Of a DNA stretch of 18,019 bases, positions 1 to 8,836 are shown one piece after another. The notes beneath the pieces are model-generated. The model did not search any database and was not told where the DNA came from. It saw only the letters and a list, made by a program, of their open reading frames with translations. The stretch's first letter is position 1; every line of letters begins with the position of its first letter. The stretch comes from an uncultured Puniceicoccaceae bacterium (GTDB lineage Bacteria; Verrucomicrobiota; Verrucomicrobiia; Opitutales; Puniceicoccaceae), in NCBI GenBank assembly GCA_964519935.1, contig CAZFLQ010000048.1, forward strand, positions 1 through 18,019, written 5' to 3'. Made by a program: the position numbers and the translations under genes.

Positions 1-14
1 GAGGGGTTCGGCAA

Positions 15-35
15 CCACACGCTGGAAGCGTGTGG
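15..35 (-). terminator. Possible weak intrinsic terminator hairpin downstream of comF
   Basis: Perfect 8-bp GC-rich inverted repeat CCACACGC-tggaa-GCGTGTGG, 36 nt past the comF stop. On the minus strand it is followed only by 'UUGCC', so the U-tract is poor. Confidence 0.25.
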
Positions 36-70
36 GCACTGTAGCGACACGGATTTTGTGTGTGGGCGGG

Positions 71-826
71 TTAGCCGTGGGCGAAAGCGACGGCGTCGAT
101 CGGGGTGGCCCCGGCGCGGTGGAGGGCACTGGCGGCGGCCTCGAAGGTGGCGCCGGTGGTCTGGACATCGTCGAGAAGGACGATCCGTTGTCTTCGGACA
201 CTGGGGATCATGTCCGGGGGGACGGCGAAGGCGTGGCGGACATTTTTCATCCGGTTTTGGCGGGTGCGGGCGGAGTAGGCTTGGGCGGGGGTTTCGCGAA
301 TGCGGTCGAGGGCCTCGATGACGGTTAGACCGAGATCGGGGGCTAGGCCGGGTAAGGCCCTCGCGATGAGGGTGGATTGGTTGAAACCGCGTTCACGGAG
401 ACGGATGCGGGCGAGCGGGATGGGCACGACAGTGGCGTTCCGGAGCAGGTTGCGGACGTGGGAGTTGGCGAGAAGGGCGCGGGCGATATCGGGAGCGATC
501 CAGCGCTGTTTTTCGTATTTGAGACGAACGACGAAATGGCGTGAGGCATCGTTGAGGAGGACCGCCGAACGCGCGTGCCGGACGTGGGGGTTGTGGTATG
601 CAAGACAGTCCTCGCAGGTTGCGCTGGTGTTCAGTCCGGGGAGCGGTTTGCCGCAGCGGTCGCAGATGGGTTCGCTGATAAAGGCGAGGCGAGTGCGGAC
701 AAAGCTTGAGAAATTGCGGAACGGGCTGGTGTCGTCGAGGGGGAGGTTGGCGACCTCGCAGGTCCGCGGATAGATCAGGTCAGCGAAACGGTGGGCGACC
801 CTGATCAAGGGTTGCAAGGTATTCAT
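71..826 (-). CDS. comF: ComF-family phosphoribosyltransferase-like protein (ComFC/amidophosphoribosyltransferase-like)
   Basis: N-terminal double Cys pairs (ICDRCG..TCEDC) give a zinc-ribbon. C-terminal PRTase motif 'VLLDDVQTTGAT' is present. I place the start at the ATG at 824-826, which overlaps the truA stop (ATGA). The ORF track begins 9 nt further upstream at a TTG. Confidence 0.8.
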   Translation of the reverse strand: MNTLQPLIRVAHRFADLIYPRTCEVANLPLDDTSPFRNFSSFVRTRLAFISEPICDRCGKPLPGLNTSATCEDCLAYHNPHVRHARSAVLLNDASRHFVVRLKYEKQRWIAPDIARALLANSHVRNLLRNATVVPIPLARIRLRERGFNQSTLIARALPGLAPDLGLTVIEALDRIRETPAQAYSARTRQNRMKNVRHAFAVPPDMIPSVRRQRIVLLDDVQTTGATFEAAASALHRAGATPIDAVAFAHG

Positions 827-1581
827 CGATACCAAACCTGTTCGAGGGTGAGACCTTCGGGTGCGGCGGTGGGGACATCGACGGCTCTTTCGCGGGCGGC
901 GAGGATCCGGGCGAGATCGGGTCGATCCAGTTTCCCGAGGCCGACCTGAATGAGGCCGCCGGCCATTGAGCGGACCTGTTTGTAGAGGAATCCGGAACCT
1001 TCGACGATGTACTGAATGCGGTCGCGGCGGGCGAGGATGGTCGAGCGGGTGACGGTTTTGACGGGGTGGTCGTCGGAGTCGCTGGTGGCGGCAAAGGCGG
1101 TGAAATCATGGGTCCCGAGAAAGACATCGGCGGCAGCACGAATGGCCTCGATGTCGAGGGGGCGGGATCGATGAGAGTAGTAGAAGCGGGTTTCGAAGGG
1201 AGGGGCGAACCCCCGATGAATGCGATAGACGTAGCGTTTTCCGGAGGCGGAAAAACGGGCGCTGAAGTCAGGGGCGACGGCTGTTGTGTCGAGGATCTGG
1301 ATGGAGGCAGGAAGACGGCTGTTGAGAGCACGGGTGAGGGTTTCGGGTCCGTGTTTCCAGTCGGCGTCAAAGTGGAAGACCTGACCGCGGGCGTGGACCC
1401 CGGAATCGGTCCGGCCGGCGCCGACAATACGGATGTCGCGTTTGAAACAGGAGCGGAGAGCCTTTTCGATCCGGTCCTGGATGGTTTGTCCACTGACCTG
1501 GCTTTGCCATCCCTCGAAGTCGGTCCCGTCGTAGGCAACCCGACATTTCCAGCGGGATTTTTTCTCCTGATTTGTATTCAT
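823..1581 (-). CDS. truA: tRNA pseudouridine(38-40) synthase TruA
   Basis: 'AGRTDSGVHARGQV' holds the TruA catalytic-Asp motif and the N-terminus reads 'YDGTDFEGWQ'. Length is about 252 aa. The start ATG overlaps the folC stop (ATGA). Confidence 0.9.
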   Translation of the reverse strand: MNTNQEKKSRWKCRVAYDGTDFEGWQSQVSGQTIQDRIEKALRSCFKRDIRIVGAGRTDSGVHARGQVFHFDADWKHGPETLTRALNSRLPASIQILDTTAVAPDFSARFSASGKRYVYRIHRGFAPPFETRFYYSHRSRPLDIEAIRAAADVFLGTHDFTAFAATSDSDDHPVKTVTRSTILARRDRIQYIVEGSGFLYKQVRSMAGGLIQVGLGKLDRPDLARILAARERAVDVPTAAPEGLTLEQVWYR

Positions 1582-2879
1582 CTTTTGGATACAATATAAT
1601 CGTGGGAGGATTTTTCCTGAATCCGGAGGAGGGCGGAGGATGGGTGGAGGGAGGCGAGGATTTCCCCGATAAGGTAAATGGATCCGGTTACAACTGTCGG
1701 GCGGGCGGGATCGGAGCGGTGGTCGCGGGCAAAGTCGGCAACGGTGGATTCGGTGACCTTTCGGGGGAAGTTTCCGGGGATGAGGGATCGGAGAGTGGCG
1801 GTGGGAACAGCTTTTGGTTGGTCGGGGGCGAGGAGGATTAATTCGCTGGCGAAGGGGAGGACGGTCTCAATGAGGGATCGGGCACGGTCGAGCCCGAGGG
1901 ATCCGATCGCGCAGGGGACGGCCTGGCCGACCCGGTTGGCAAGGTCGCGGAGGTTTTCGGCGAGGGCAGCGCAGCCCTCGGGGTTGTGGGTCGCATCGAG
2001 GATGACTGGGCCGATCGGGGAATCGACCTCCTGCCAGCGAGCGGGCCAGTGAACAGACCGGAAGCCGCGTTCGATTGCGGCGGGCGGGCAGGGGAGGATT
2101 GGGCGGACAGCGTGAAGGACGAGAAAAGCGGTCGCAGCGTTGCGGCGCTGAACCCTCCCGGGAAGATTGGTGAAGGGATAGAGGCTTTCGTCGGAACCAA
2201 AGTAATCTTCAACCGAAATGACGGGAGCCTGGCGGGAGGCGGCGATGGTGCGGATGGTGGATTCGGCGGGCGGTGGAAGACGCCCGATGGTGAGGGGAAT
2301 CCCGGTTTTGACAATACCGGCCTTTTCGGTCGCGATGGCCTCGAAGGTATCGCCGAGGATCTCGGTGTGGTCGAGCCCGATTGAAGTGATCGCGGTGGCG
2401 ACCGGTGTGACGATGTTGGTGGCATCAAGGCGTCCGCCGAGGCCGGTTTCGAGGACGGCGACCTCGACCCCACGCCGGGCGAAGGTGAGGAGGCCCATCG
2501 CGGTGATGTATTCGAAAAAGGTTGGATGATCGTCGGTGGCGAAGGGGGCGATGGATTCGGCCGCCCGGCGAACCATTTGGAAGGCATCGAGGAGGGCGTG
2601 ATCGCCGAGGGGTGATCCGCTGATTTCGATCCTCTCGCCGAGATGAACGAGGTGTGGGGAGGTAAACAGTCCGACCCGGTAACCTGAGGCGGCGAGAGCG
2701 GAGCGGAGGATGGCGCAGGTCGAACCCTTTCCGTTTGTCCCGGCGACGTGGAGAATCGGGTATTGGAGGTGAGGGTTCCCGAGGGCGGCAGCGAGGGCGC
2801 GCATCCGGTCGAGACCCAATTTGGATCCGCGGTTCCGAAGGGCGTAGAGGTCGTCGAGAACCGCCTTCAGGTCATGCAT
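1578..2879 (-). CDS. folC: Bifunctional folylpolyglutamate synthase / dihydrofolate synthase (Mur-ligase family)
   Basis: 'HVAGTNGKGST' P-loop typical of the Mur ligase/FolC family. Length about 433 aa. Lies immediately downstream of accD, as in the E. coli accD-folC arrangement. Confidence 0.85.
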   Translation of the reverse strand: MHDLKAVLDDLYALRNRGSKLGLDRMRALAAALGNPHLQYPILHVAGTNGKGSTCAILRSALAASGYRVGLFTSPHLVHLGERIEISGSPLGDHALLDAFQMVRRAAESIAPFATDDHPTFFEYITAMGLLTFARRGVEVAVLETGLGGRLDATNIVTPVATAITSIGLDHTEILGDTFEAIATEKAGIVKTGIPLTIGRLPPPAESTIRTIAASRQAPVISVEDYFGSDESLYPFTNLPGRVQRRNAATAFLVLHAVRPILPCPPAAIERGFRSVHWPARWQEVDSPIGPVILDATHNPEGCAALAENLRDLANRVGQAVPCAIGSLGLDRARSLIETVLPFASELILLAPDQPKAVPTATLRSLIPGNFPRKVTESTVADFARDHRSDPARPTVVTGSIYLIGEILASLHPSSALLRIQEKSSHDYIVSKR

Positions 2880-2930
2880 GATTTTGGGTTTGGGACCTCT
2901 GGAGAGAGGGGTTGCGAGGGGCCGGAAGGG

Positions 2931-3806
2931 TTAGCCGGTAACGTCGGCGATCTCTTCTTTGCCGAGGCCGGTAAACTGTGCGAGGAAGCGGGTGAGGCGC
3001 ATCTTGATCTCGTGCCGGGGAACGATTTGGTCAATCAGCCCACGGTCGAGAAGGAATTCGGAAGTCTGAAATCCCTCGGGGAGATCCTGCTGGGTGGTTT
3101 CCTTGATAACGCGGGGACCGGCGAAGCCAACGAGGGCACCGGGTTCGGCGAGGATGAGGTCACCAAGGGAGGCAAAGCTGGCCATGACCCCGGCCATCGT
3201 GGGGTTGGTCAGGATGGAAATGTAGGGCAGGCCGAGACGGGAGAGGCGGCCGAGGGCGGCGCTGGTTTTGGCCATTTGCATGAGGCTGAGGATGCCCTCA
3301 TACATCCGGGCACCGCCGGAGGTGCTGACGATAATGACAGGAGTTTTCATCTCAACCCCGCGTTCGATGCAGCGGGTGATTCTTTCGCCGACGACCGACC
3401 CCATGCTGGCACCGAGAAAACGAAAATCCATCACGGCGAGGTTAATGCGGATGCCGCTGAGGTCTCCGTAGCCGGAGAGGACGGCATCGGAAATGCCGGT
3501 CTTCTTTTCGTATTGGGCAAGCTTGTCGGGATAGGCACCGGAGGGACCGCGGAACTTGAGGGGATCGCAAGAGCGAAGGCCGCCATCGGTCTCGGTCCAG
3601 GTTTCTTCATCGATGAGGGAATTAATGCGGGCGGGAGCGGGGAGGGGAAAGTGATAGCCGCTCTTTGGGACGACCATCAGGTTTTGCTCCAACTCCTTGT
3701 TGTAAATGATCTCGCCGGAAATCGGGCATTTGCTCCAGAGGCCTTTAGGGATGTCCTTTCGGGAGACGGTGACGCGGGAATACTGTGGTTTACTGAAAAG
3801 TGGCAT
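2931..3806 (-). CDS. accD: Acetyl-CoA carboxylase carboxyltransferase beta subunit
   Basis: Carboxyltransferase core ('GGARMYEG', '[13 protein letters not shown]') and an AccD-type N-terminus '[20 protein letters not shown]'. Only one of the four zinc-finger Cys is retained. Confidence 0.9.
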   Translation of the reverse strand: MPLFSKPQYSRVTVSRKDIPKGLWSKCPISGEIIYNKELEQNLMVVPKSGYHFPLPAPARINSLIDEETWTETDGGLRSCDPLKFRGPSGAYPDKLAQYEKKTGISDAVLSGYGDLSGIRINLAVMDFRFLGASMGSVVGERITRCIERGVEMKTPVIIVSTSGGARMYEGILSLMQMAKTSAALGRLSRLGLPYISILTNPTMAGVMASFASLGDLILAEPGALVGFAGPRVIKETTQQDLPEGFQTSEFLLDRGLIDQIVPRHEIKMRLTRFLAQFTGLGKEEIADVTG

Positions 3807-3911
3807 CGGATTGAATCCTGAATGATTGGTCGTGTAGTCAAGGGCTTGGGATTGGTGAGATCAACCTTTTAGACCCTCGGTGTTTTCGCTTGTCGGTTGC
3901 GGGTGCGGTGA

Positions 3912-4967
3912 ATGGAGTTGGGAGAAGTGCGATTTCAGAAAACGGTTTTGGATTCCCTCGTAACGGCGTTGCCGGAGGAGGTATGGACCTCGGAGGCGAT
4001 TGAGGAGCGGTTGGCTCCGGCTTACGCGCGGGCAGGTTTGCAGCGCGGGCGGATCGAATTGATGACAGGCATCCGCGAGCGCCGGATGTGGGCAGAAGGA
4101 ACCCGTCCGAGCGCAGCCTCGGCGATGGCGGTGAATCGTTTGTTGGATTCTGTGGGGGTGGATCGGGAGAAGATCGATATTTTGATGCACACGGCGGTGA
4201 GCCGGGATCGATTGGAACCGGCGACGGCAGCGACGGTACACCGTCTGGCGGGCCTCGGAGGGGGATGTCAGATTTTCGATCTGTCGAATGCCTGTCTGGG
4301 ATTTTTGAATGGGCTCCTGGTGGCGGCGGCTTTTGTGGAATCGGGGCAGGCGGATCGGGTTCTGGTCGCAGCGGGGGAGAATGGCCGCCCGCTGGTGGAG
4401 GGGACGATCCGTGCCTTGAACGCAAAGGAGGATTTGAACCGGCAGAGAATCAAGCCCTGGTTCGCAAATCTGACGGTCGGTTGCGGGGCGGTGGCGGCCC
4501 TGGTTTGTCGGGAGAATCTGGCAACAACGGTCCATCCCGTCCGGTTGCGGGGCGGAAGCGGGGAAACGGACACGCGTTATTCCGAGCTTTGCGAGGGGGA
4601 TGCGTCGGGTGAGGAGTTGGTGATGGCGACGGATTCGGAGGAGTTGCTGGTGGCGGGAATCGGGGTGGCCGGGCGTTCGTGGGATCGGTTTTGTGAGGAA
4701 ATGGAGGTGGATGCGGGTAGTTTTGAACGGATCGTTACCCATCAGGTGGGCCGGGCGCATCAACGGGAACTTTATCGGGGGCTGGGTCTGGATCCGGCAC
4801 TGGATTATCCGACCTTTCCGGTCCTCGGGAACGTTGGGTCGGTATCGTGTCCGGCGACATTGGCGATGGCGATGGAGGCGGGAGCGGTCGTCGCGGGGAA
4901 TCGGGTCGCTTTGCTGGGGATCGGGAGTGGATTGAGTTCGGTGATGCTGGACGTGGAGGTTCTATGA
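3912..4967 (+). CDS. FabH-like thiolase (beta-ketoacyl-ACP synthase III family; OleA-like candidate)
   Basis: KAS III architecture: 'MTGIRERR' near the N-terminus, active-site Cys context 'FDLSNACLGF', 'VTHQV' (His) and 'GNVGSVSCP' (Asn). The stop overlaps the start of the downstream hydrolase. Confidence 0.8.
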   Translation: MELGEVRFQKTVLDSLVTALPEEVWTSEAIEERLAPAYARAGLQRGRIELMTGIRERRMWAEGTRPSAASAMAVNRLLDSVGVDREKIDILMHTAVSRDRLEPATAATVHRLAGLGGGCQIFDLSNACLGFLNGLLVAAAFVESGQADRVLVAAGENGRPLVEGTIRALNAKEDLNRQRIKPWFANLTVGCGAVAALVCRENLATTVHPVRLRGGSGETDTRYSELCEGDASGEELVMATDSEELLVAGIGVAGRSWDRFCEEMEVDAGSFERIVTHQVGRAHQRELYRGLGLDPALDYPTFPVLGNVGSVSCPATLAMAMEAGAVVAGNRVALLGIGSGLSSVMLDVEVL

Positions 4968-5860
4968 AGCACTGGAATCGGGAATTACCGGATCGGCTAA
5001 AGGTGCTGTATCCGTTCGAGCGCCGTTATTTTGAGCATCCGGACGGTGCCCGTCAGCACTACGTCGATGAAGGCGACGGGGATACGGTTGTGCTAATGGT
5101 GCATGGAAATCCGAGCTGGTCGTGGTTGTGGCGGGATCTTATTTTGCGCCTTCGGGGGAGCTATCGCTGCGTCGCGGTGGATCATATTGGGTGCGGTCTA
5201 TCGAGTCGGCCGGGGCGGGAATATGGGTATACGCTGGAGACGCACATCGCCAACCTCCGGCGTTTGTTGGATTCGTTGGAGTTTTCGAAGATTCACCTCG
5301 TGGTCCATGACTGGGGTGGGCCGATCGGTCTGGGGGCGTTGATGGGGCTGGGGGAAAAGTTGGATCGTGTGGTGATCACGAATACCTCGGCCTTTCCGAT
5401 GCGGGTGGGGGATTGGAAGATCGAAATCTGCCGAAAACCCTGGATTGGACCGCTATTGTCGGCGGGTTTGGGACTTTTTCCGAAAGGGGCGGTTCGCAAG
5501 GCGGTCGTTCATCCAATGGCGGAGGGAGTGGCGGAGGGATTTCTATTCCCCTATCGGCGGGCCTCGGAACGTCGGGCGATTGGAGCATTTGTTCGCGATA
5601 TCCCGGTCGGGCCACGGCATCCGACCTGGTCGACTCTAAAGCAGGTGGAAAGTTTTCTGCCGTCGTTGCGGGAGCGGGAGGTCCTCCTGCTTTGGGGAGG
5701 GCGGGATTTTTGTTTTGACGCGCGTTTTCTAAACGAGTGGCGGGATCGTCTGCCGGACGCGCGGGTTGAGTGGTATGGAGATGCGGGCCACTATGTGTTG
5801 GAGGATGCGGGCGAGGTAGGAATCGACGATATCGCGGGTTTTTTGGGAGTACCGGATTGA
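4964..5860 (+). CDS. Alpha/beta hydrolase, haloalkane-dehalogenase-like (OleB-like candidate)
   Basis: 'HGNPSWSWLWR' and nucleophile-elbow 'VHDWGGPIGLG' match the HLD/OleB-type fold. I place the start at ATG 4964, which overlaps the upstream stop (ATGA). The longer upstream ORF in the track is G-rich and implausible. Confidence 0.8.
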   Translation: MKHWNRELPDRLKVLYPFERRYFEHPDGARQHYVDEGDGDTVVLMVHGNPSWSWLWRDLILRLRGSYRCVAVDHIGCGLSSRPGREYGYTLETHIANLRRLLDSLEFSKIHLVVHDWGGPIGLGALMGLGEKLDRVVITNTSAFPMRVGDWKIEICRKPWIGPLLSAGLGLFPKGAVRKAVVHPMAEGVAEGFLFPYRRASERRAIGAFVRDIPVGPRHPTWSTLKQVESFLPSLREREVLLLWGGRDFCFDARFLNEWRDRLPDARVEWYGDAGHYVLEDAGEVGIDDIAGFLGVPD

Positions 5861-5960
5861 TTTGAGATCTGAAAACACGGGGGCGACCTTTTCGTAGAGT
5901 CGGGTTGGTTCTTGCAGTTGGGGGAAGGTTCGGGCAGGGTGGAGGGTTTAGGTTAAATTC

Positions 5961-7130
5961 ATGAGTGTGCGCCGTTTTGTTTCCAGCCATGTAGCCGATT
6001 TGCCCCGATCCGGGATCCGGGATTTTTTCGCGATCGTTGCGCAGATGCCGGAGGCCATTTCGCTCGGAATCGGCGAGCCTGATTTTGTGACCCCGTGGCA
6101 CATTCGGGAGGCGGCGATCTATGCTCTCGAACGGGGCAAAACCTATTACACGGATAACCGGGGGCTGCTCTCTTTGCGAAAGGAAATTTCGCGCTATGTG
6201 GAGGGCTTTTTCGGGGTTGGCTACGATCCGGGGGAAGAGATCCTCGTGGCGGTGGGTGTTTCCGAAGCTCTTGATCTGGCATTGCGGGCGGTCCTGAATC
6301 CGGGAGACAAGGTGATTTACCATGAACCCTGTTATGTCAGCTACAGTCCGAGTATTGTGTTGGCGCATGGCGTTCCGGTCGGGGTGGCGACGACCCCGGA
6401 GGAGGGCTTTACGCTGCGGCCGGACCGGTTGATCGAGGCCTGGGAACCGGGATGCAAGGTGCTGATCCTGAATTTTCCGACCAACCCGACGGGCGGGACG
6501 GTAGGTCGGGATTCTCTGGAGGCGATTGCCCGGTTTGTGATCGAAAAGGATCTCCTGGTGATCTCGGACGAGATTTATTCGGAGCTGACCTACGATGGCG
6601 AACACAGCAGTATTGCGGCCCTGCCGGGGATGCGGGAGCGGACCCTGCTGTTGCACGGGTTTTCAAAGGCCTTTGCGATGACCGGGTTTCGGATCGGGTA
6701 TGGATGCGGACCGGCTGAACTGATTGAGGCGATGATGCGCGTCCATCAGTATTCGATGCTGTGTGCGCCGATTCTGAGCCAGGAGGCAGCGATCGAAGCG
6801 CTCCGTAACGGGGCGGAGAGCGTTGCGATGATGCGTGACCAGTATCGGCAGCGCCGGGATTTTATCGTGCGGCGGTTCCGGGAATGTGGTCTACCCTGCC
6901 ATCTGCCGAACGGAACCTTTTATGCCTTTCCGGAGATCGGGGGGACGGGGATGGACGAGGTGGCTTTTGCGAGAGGGTTGTTGGAGACAGAGAAAGTCGC
7001 AATGGTTCCGGGGACTGCCTTTGGGCCGACCGGGGCAGGGTATGTCCGGGCGAGTTTCAGCACGAGCTACCGGCGGATTATCGAGGCGACCGAACGGATC
7101 GAGCGCTATGTTGGAGAGGTATCCAAATAA
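5961..7130 (+). CDS. PLP-dependent aminotransferase, class I/II (AspC-like)
   Basis: 'LGIGEPDF', 'NFPTNPTG' and the PLP-lysine context 'HGFSKAFAMTGFRIGY'. Length 389 aa. Confidence 0.85.
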   Translation: MSVRRFVSSHVADLPRSGIRDFFAIVAQMPEAISLGIGEPDFVTPWHIREAAIYALERGKTYYTDNRGLLSLRKEISRYVEGFFGVGYDPGEEILVAVGVSEALDLALRAVLNPGDKVIYHEPCYVSYSPSIVLAHGVPVGVATTPEEGFTLRPDRLIEAWEPGCKVLILNFPTNPTGGTVGRDSLEAIARFVIEKDLLVISDEIYSELTYDGEHSSIAALPGMRERTLLLHGFSKAFAMTGFRIGYGCGPAELIEAMMRVHQYSMLCAPILSQEAAIEALRNGAESVAMMRDQYRQRRDFIVRRFRECGLPCHLPNGTFYAFPEIGGTGMDEVAFARGLLETEKVAMVPGTAFGPTGAGYVRASFSTSYRRIIEATERIERYVGEVSK

Positions 7131-8566
7131 TGAATACAGATGCAGGTGAACGGCAGGTTGTTCTGGTCGGACGTCCGAACGTGGGGAAGAGCCGATTGTT
7201 CAATCGTCTGGCGGGGAAACGAATTTCGATTGTCCATGACCTGCCGGGGGTGACCCGCGATATTGTGACCCATCCGCTGAAAGGTGGACGGGTGCTTGTG
7301 GACACGGGGGGACTGGGGCTGGTCGAGGGGGCGACCCCGGAGGTGCTGCGGGAGGCTGTGGAGACGCAGGTTTTTGTGGCGACGGAAACGGCCAGTCTGA
7401 TTCTTTTCGTACTCGACGTGCGCGAGGGGCTGACTCCGCTCGACGAGGAGATTGCGATGGAGTTGCGAAAGGCGCGCTGTCCGGTCCGGGTGGTTGTGAA
7501 CAAGTGCGATACGGAGGCACTCGATTTACGGGCGCTGGACCTCGGGAAGATTGGTTTTGGGGATGTCGCGCCGGTTTCGGCGGAGCATGATCGGGGAATT
7601 CGGGCACTGGAAAAATGGATCTTTGATGTGGTTCCGGCGGTTGAGGATGCGGCATCGGAGGAGGATCTCGATGCGCATCGGGTGTCGATCTGTTTTGCGG
7701 GAAAACCGAATGTCGGGAAATCCTCGTTGACCAATCGGTTACTGAAGGCGGAGCGGGTGATCGTGAGCGATGTGCCGGGGACGACGCGGGACGCGGTGCA
7801 GTTCAATCTCGATTGGACGACGCCGAACGGTCGGGAGTTTCTGTACCGTCTGCACGATACGGCGGGTTTGCGGGCAAAGCGGAAGATCGATTCGTCGATC
7901 GAGTATTTTTCGGCTTTGCGGACGAAGGAGGCGGTCGAGCGGAGCGATGTGGTGGTGTATCTACTTGACGCCCTGACAGGAGCGACGAAGCAGGACCAGC
8001 GTTTTGTCGGGGACGTTCTGGAGGCGGGTCGGGGTATGGTTCTGGCAGTGAACAAGTGGGACCTTGCGCTGGAAAGCTTTGCGACCGGTGGGGTGGATGG
8101 ATTTACCGATGAGAATGCCTTCACGAGGGCCTACGAGGCAGCACTGCGGAGAGAATTGTTCTTTTTGCCGGAGTGCCCGATCGTCTTTCTTTCCGCGATG
8201 GAGGGGCACGGAATCGACGCCATGATGACGGCGGTGCGGAAGGTTCACCGCGTGCAAAATACCCGTCTGGCGACGGGACCGTTGAACCGTAAAATTGGTG
8301 AGTTGTTCGAGGCAAATCCGCCGAAGGCGAAGGATGGCAAGCGCTTCAAGCTGTACTACACCGTTCAGACGGGGGTGGCGCCGATCAGCCTGAAGGTCTT
8401 TTGCAACAACCCGAAATTGCTCGACGACTCGTTTCGGAGGTATCTTGAAAAGGGATTGGTTAGCGGCTTCAAGCTGACGGGGGCGCCTCTGGCGATGAGG
8501 TTTGTCGGGAAAAGCCGGGAGAAAAACCCCTTTGTGTCGGCATCGGGCAAGCCGCTGAGAGGTTGA
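7130..8566 (+). CDS. der: Ribosome-associated GTPase Der (EngA)
   Basis: Two tandem GTPase domains ('GRPNVGKS' ... 'GKPNVGKSSL') plus a C-terminal KH-like region. The ATG at 7130 overlaps the aminotransferase stop (TAATG). The longer in-frame ORF in the track is a G-rich artefact. Confidence 0.9.
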   Translation: MNTDAGERQVVLVGRPNVGKSRLFNRLAGKRISIVHDLPGVTRDIVTHPLKGGRVLVDTGGLGLVEGATPEVLREAVETQVFVATETASLILFVLDVREGLTPLDEEIAMELRKARCPVRVVVNKCDTEALDLRALDLGKIGFGDVAPVSAEHDRGIRALEKWIFDVVPAVEDAASEEDLDAHRVSICFAGKPNVGKSSLTNRLLKAERVIVSDVPGTTRDAVQFNLDWTTPNGREFLYRLHDTAGLRAKRKIDSSIEYFSALRTKEAVERSDVVVYLLDALTGATKQDQRFVGDVLEAGRGMVLAVNKWDLALESFATGGVDGFTDENAFTRAYEAALRRELFFLPECPIVFLSAMEGHGIDAMMTAVRKVHRVQNTRLATGPLNRKIGELFEANPPKAKDGKRFKLYYTVQTGVAPISLKVFCNNPKLLDDSFRRYLEKGLVSGFKLTGAPLAMRFVGKSREKNPFVSASGKPLRG

Positions 8567-8836
8567 GGTCGCAGACATCCTGGTCTGGATGGAATTGGAA
8601 TGAACCTAAACGTTCGCGTGTCCGATTCTGGGCGCGACGAAAGAGCGGGCTTTCGAGTTTGATGAAGTTTTCCAAATCGAAATCGCTATCGGGTCTCGAA
8701 TCAGGGGAAGGCGAATCGATTTCGATCCCGATCCCGATTTCGACCAATAAGGAACCATAAAAGGCAGCCATCTTCAATGGTCAGGCCGACCCCTCGATCA
8801 TGAAGCCAGGCCCGGACATCGTGGTTTGGAGTGTGC

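Noticed and set aside
32-835. Several + strand ORFs (32..328, 58..321, 300..773) overlapping comF
   Set aside because: All are G/R-rich and low-complexity and overlap a well-supported ComF CDS on the minus strand. They are high-GC frame artefacts.
1838-2587. 249-aa minus-strand Pro/Ser-rich ORF inside folC (and similar ORFs 780..1538, 3838..4425, 7078..8124, 11846..12925, 13819..14631)
   Set aside because: These are low-complexity P/S/R-rich translations in alternative frames of well-supported genes. They have no domain signatures.
6884-7129. N-terminal extension of the der ORF back to 6884
   Set aside because: The extension lies inside the aminotransferase gene in another frame and is Gly/Arg-rich. 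The ATG at 7130, followed quickly by the G1 motif, is the credible start.
8563-8760. 65-aa + strand ORF in the der/flotillin intergenic region
   Set aside because: It starts with TTG, has no ribosome-binding site or homology, and its sequence is dominated by the inverted-repeat region. More likely it is noncoding structured DNA or RNA.
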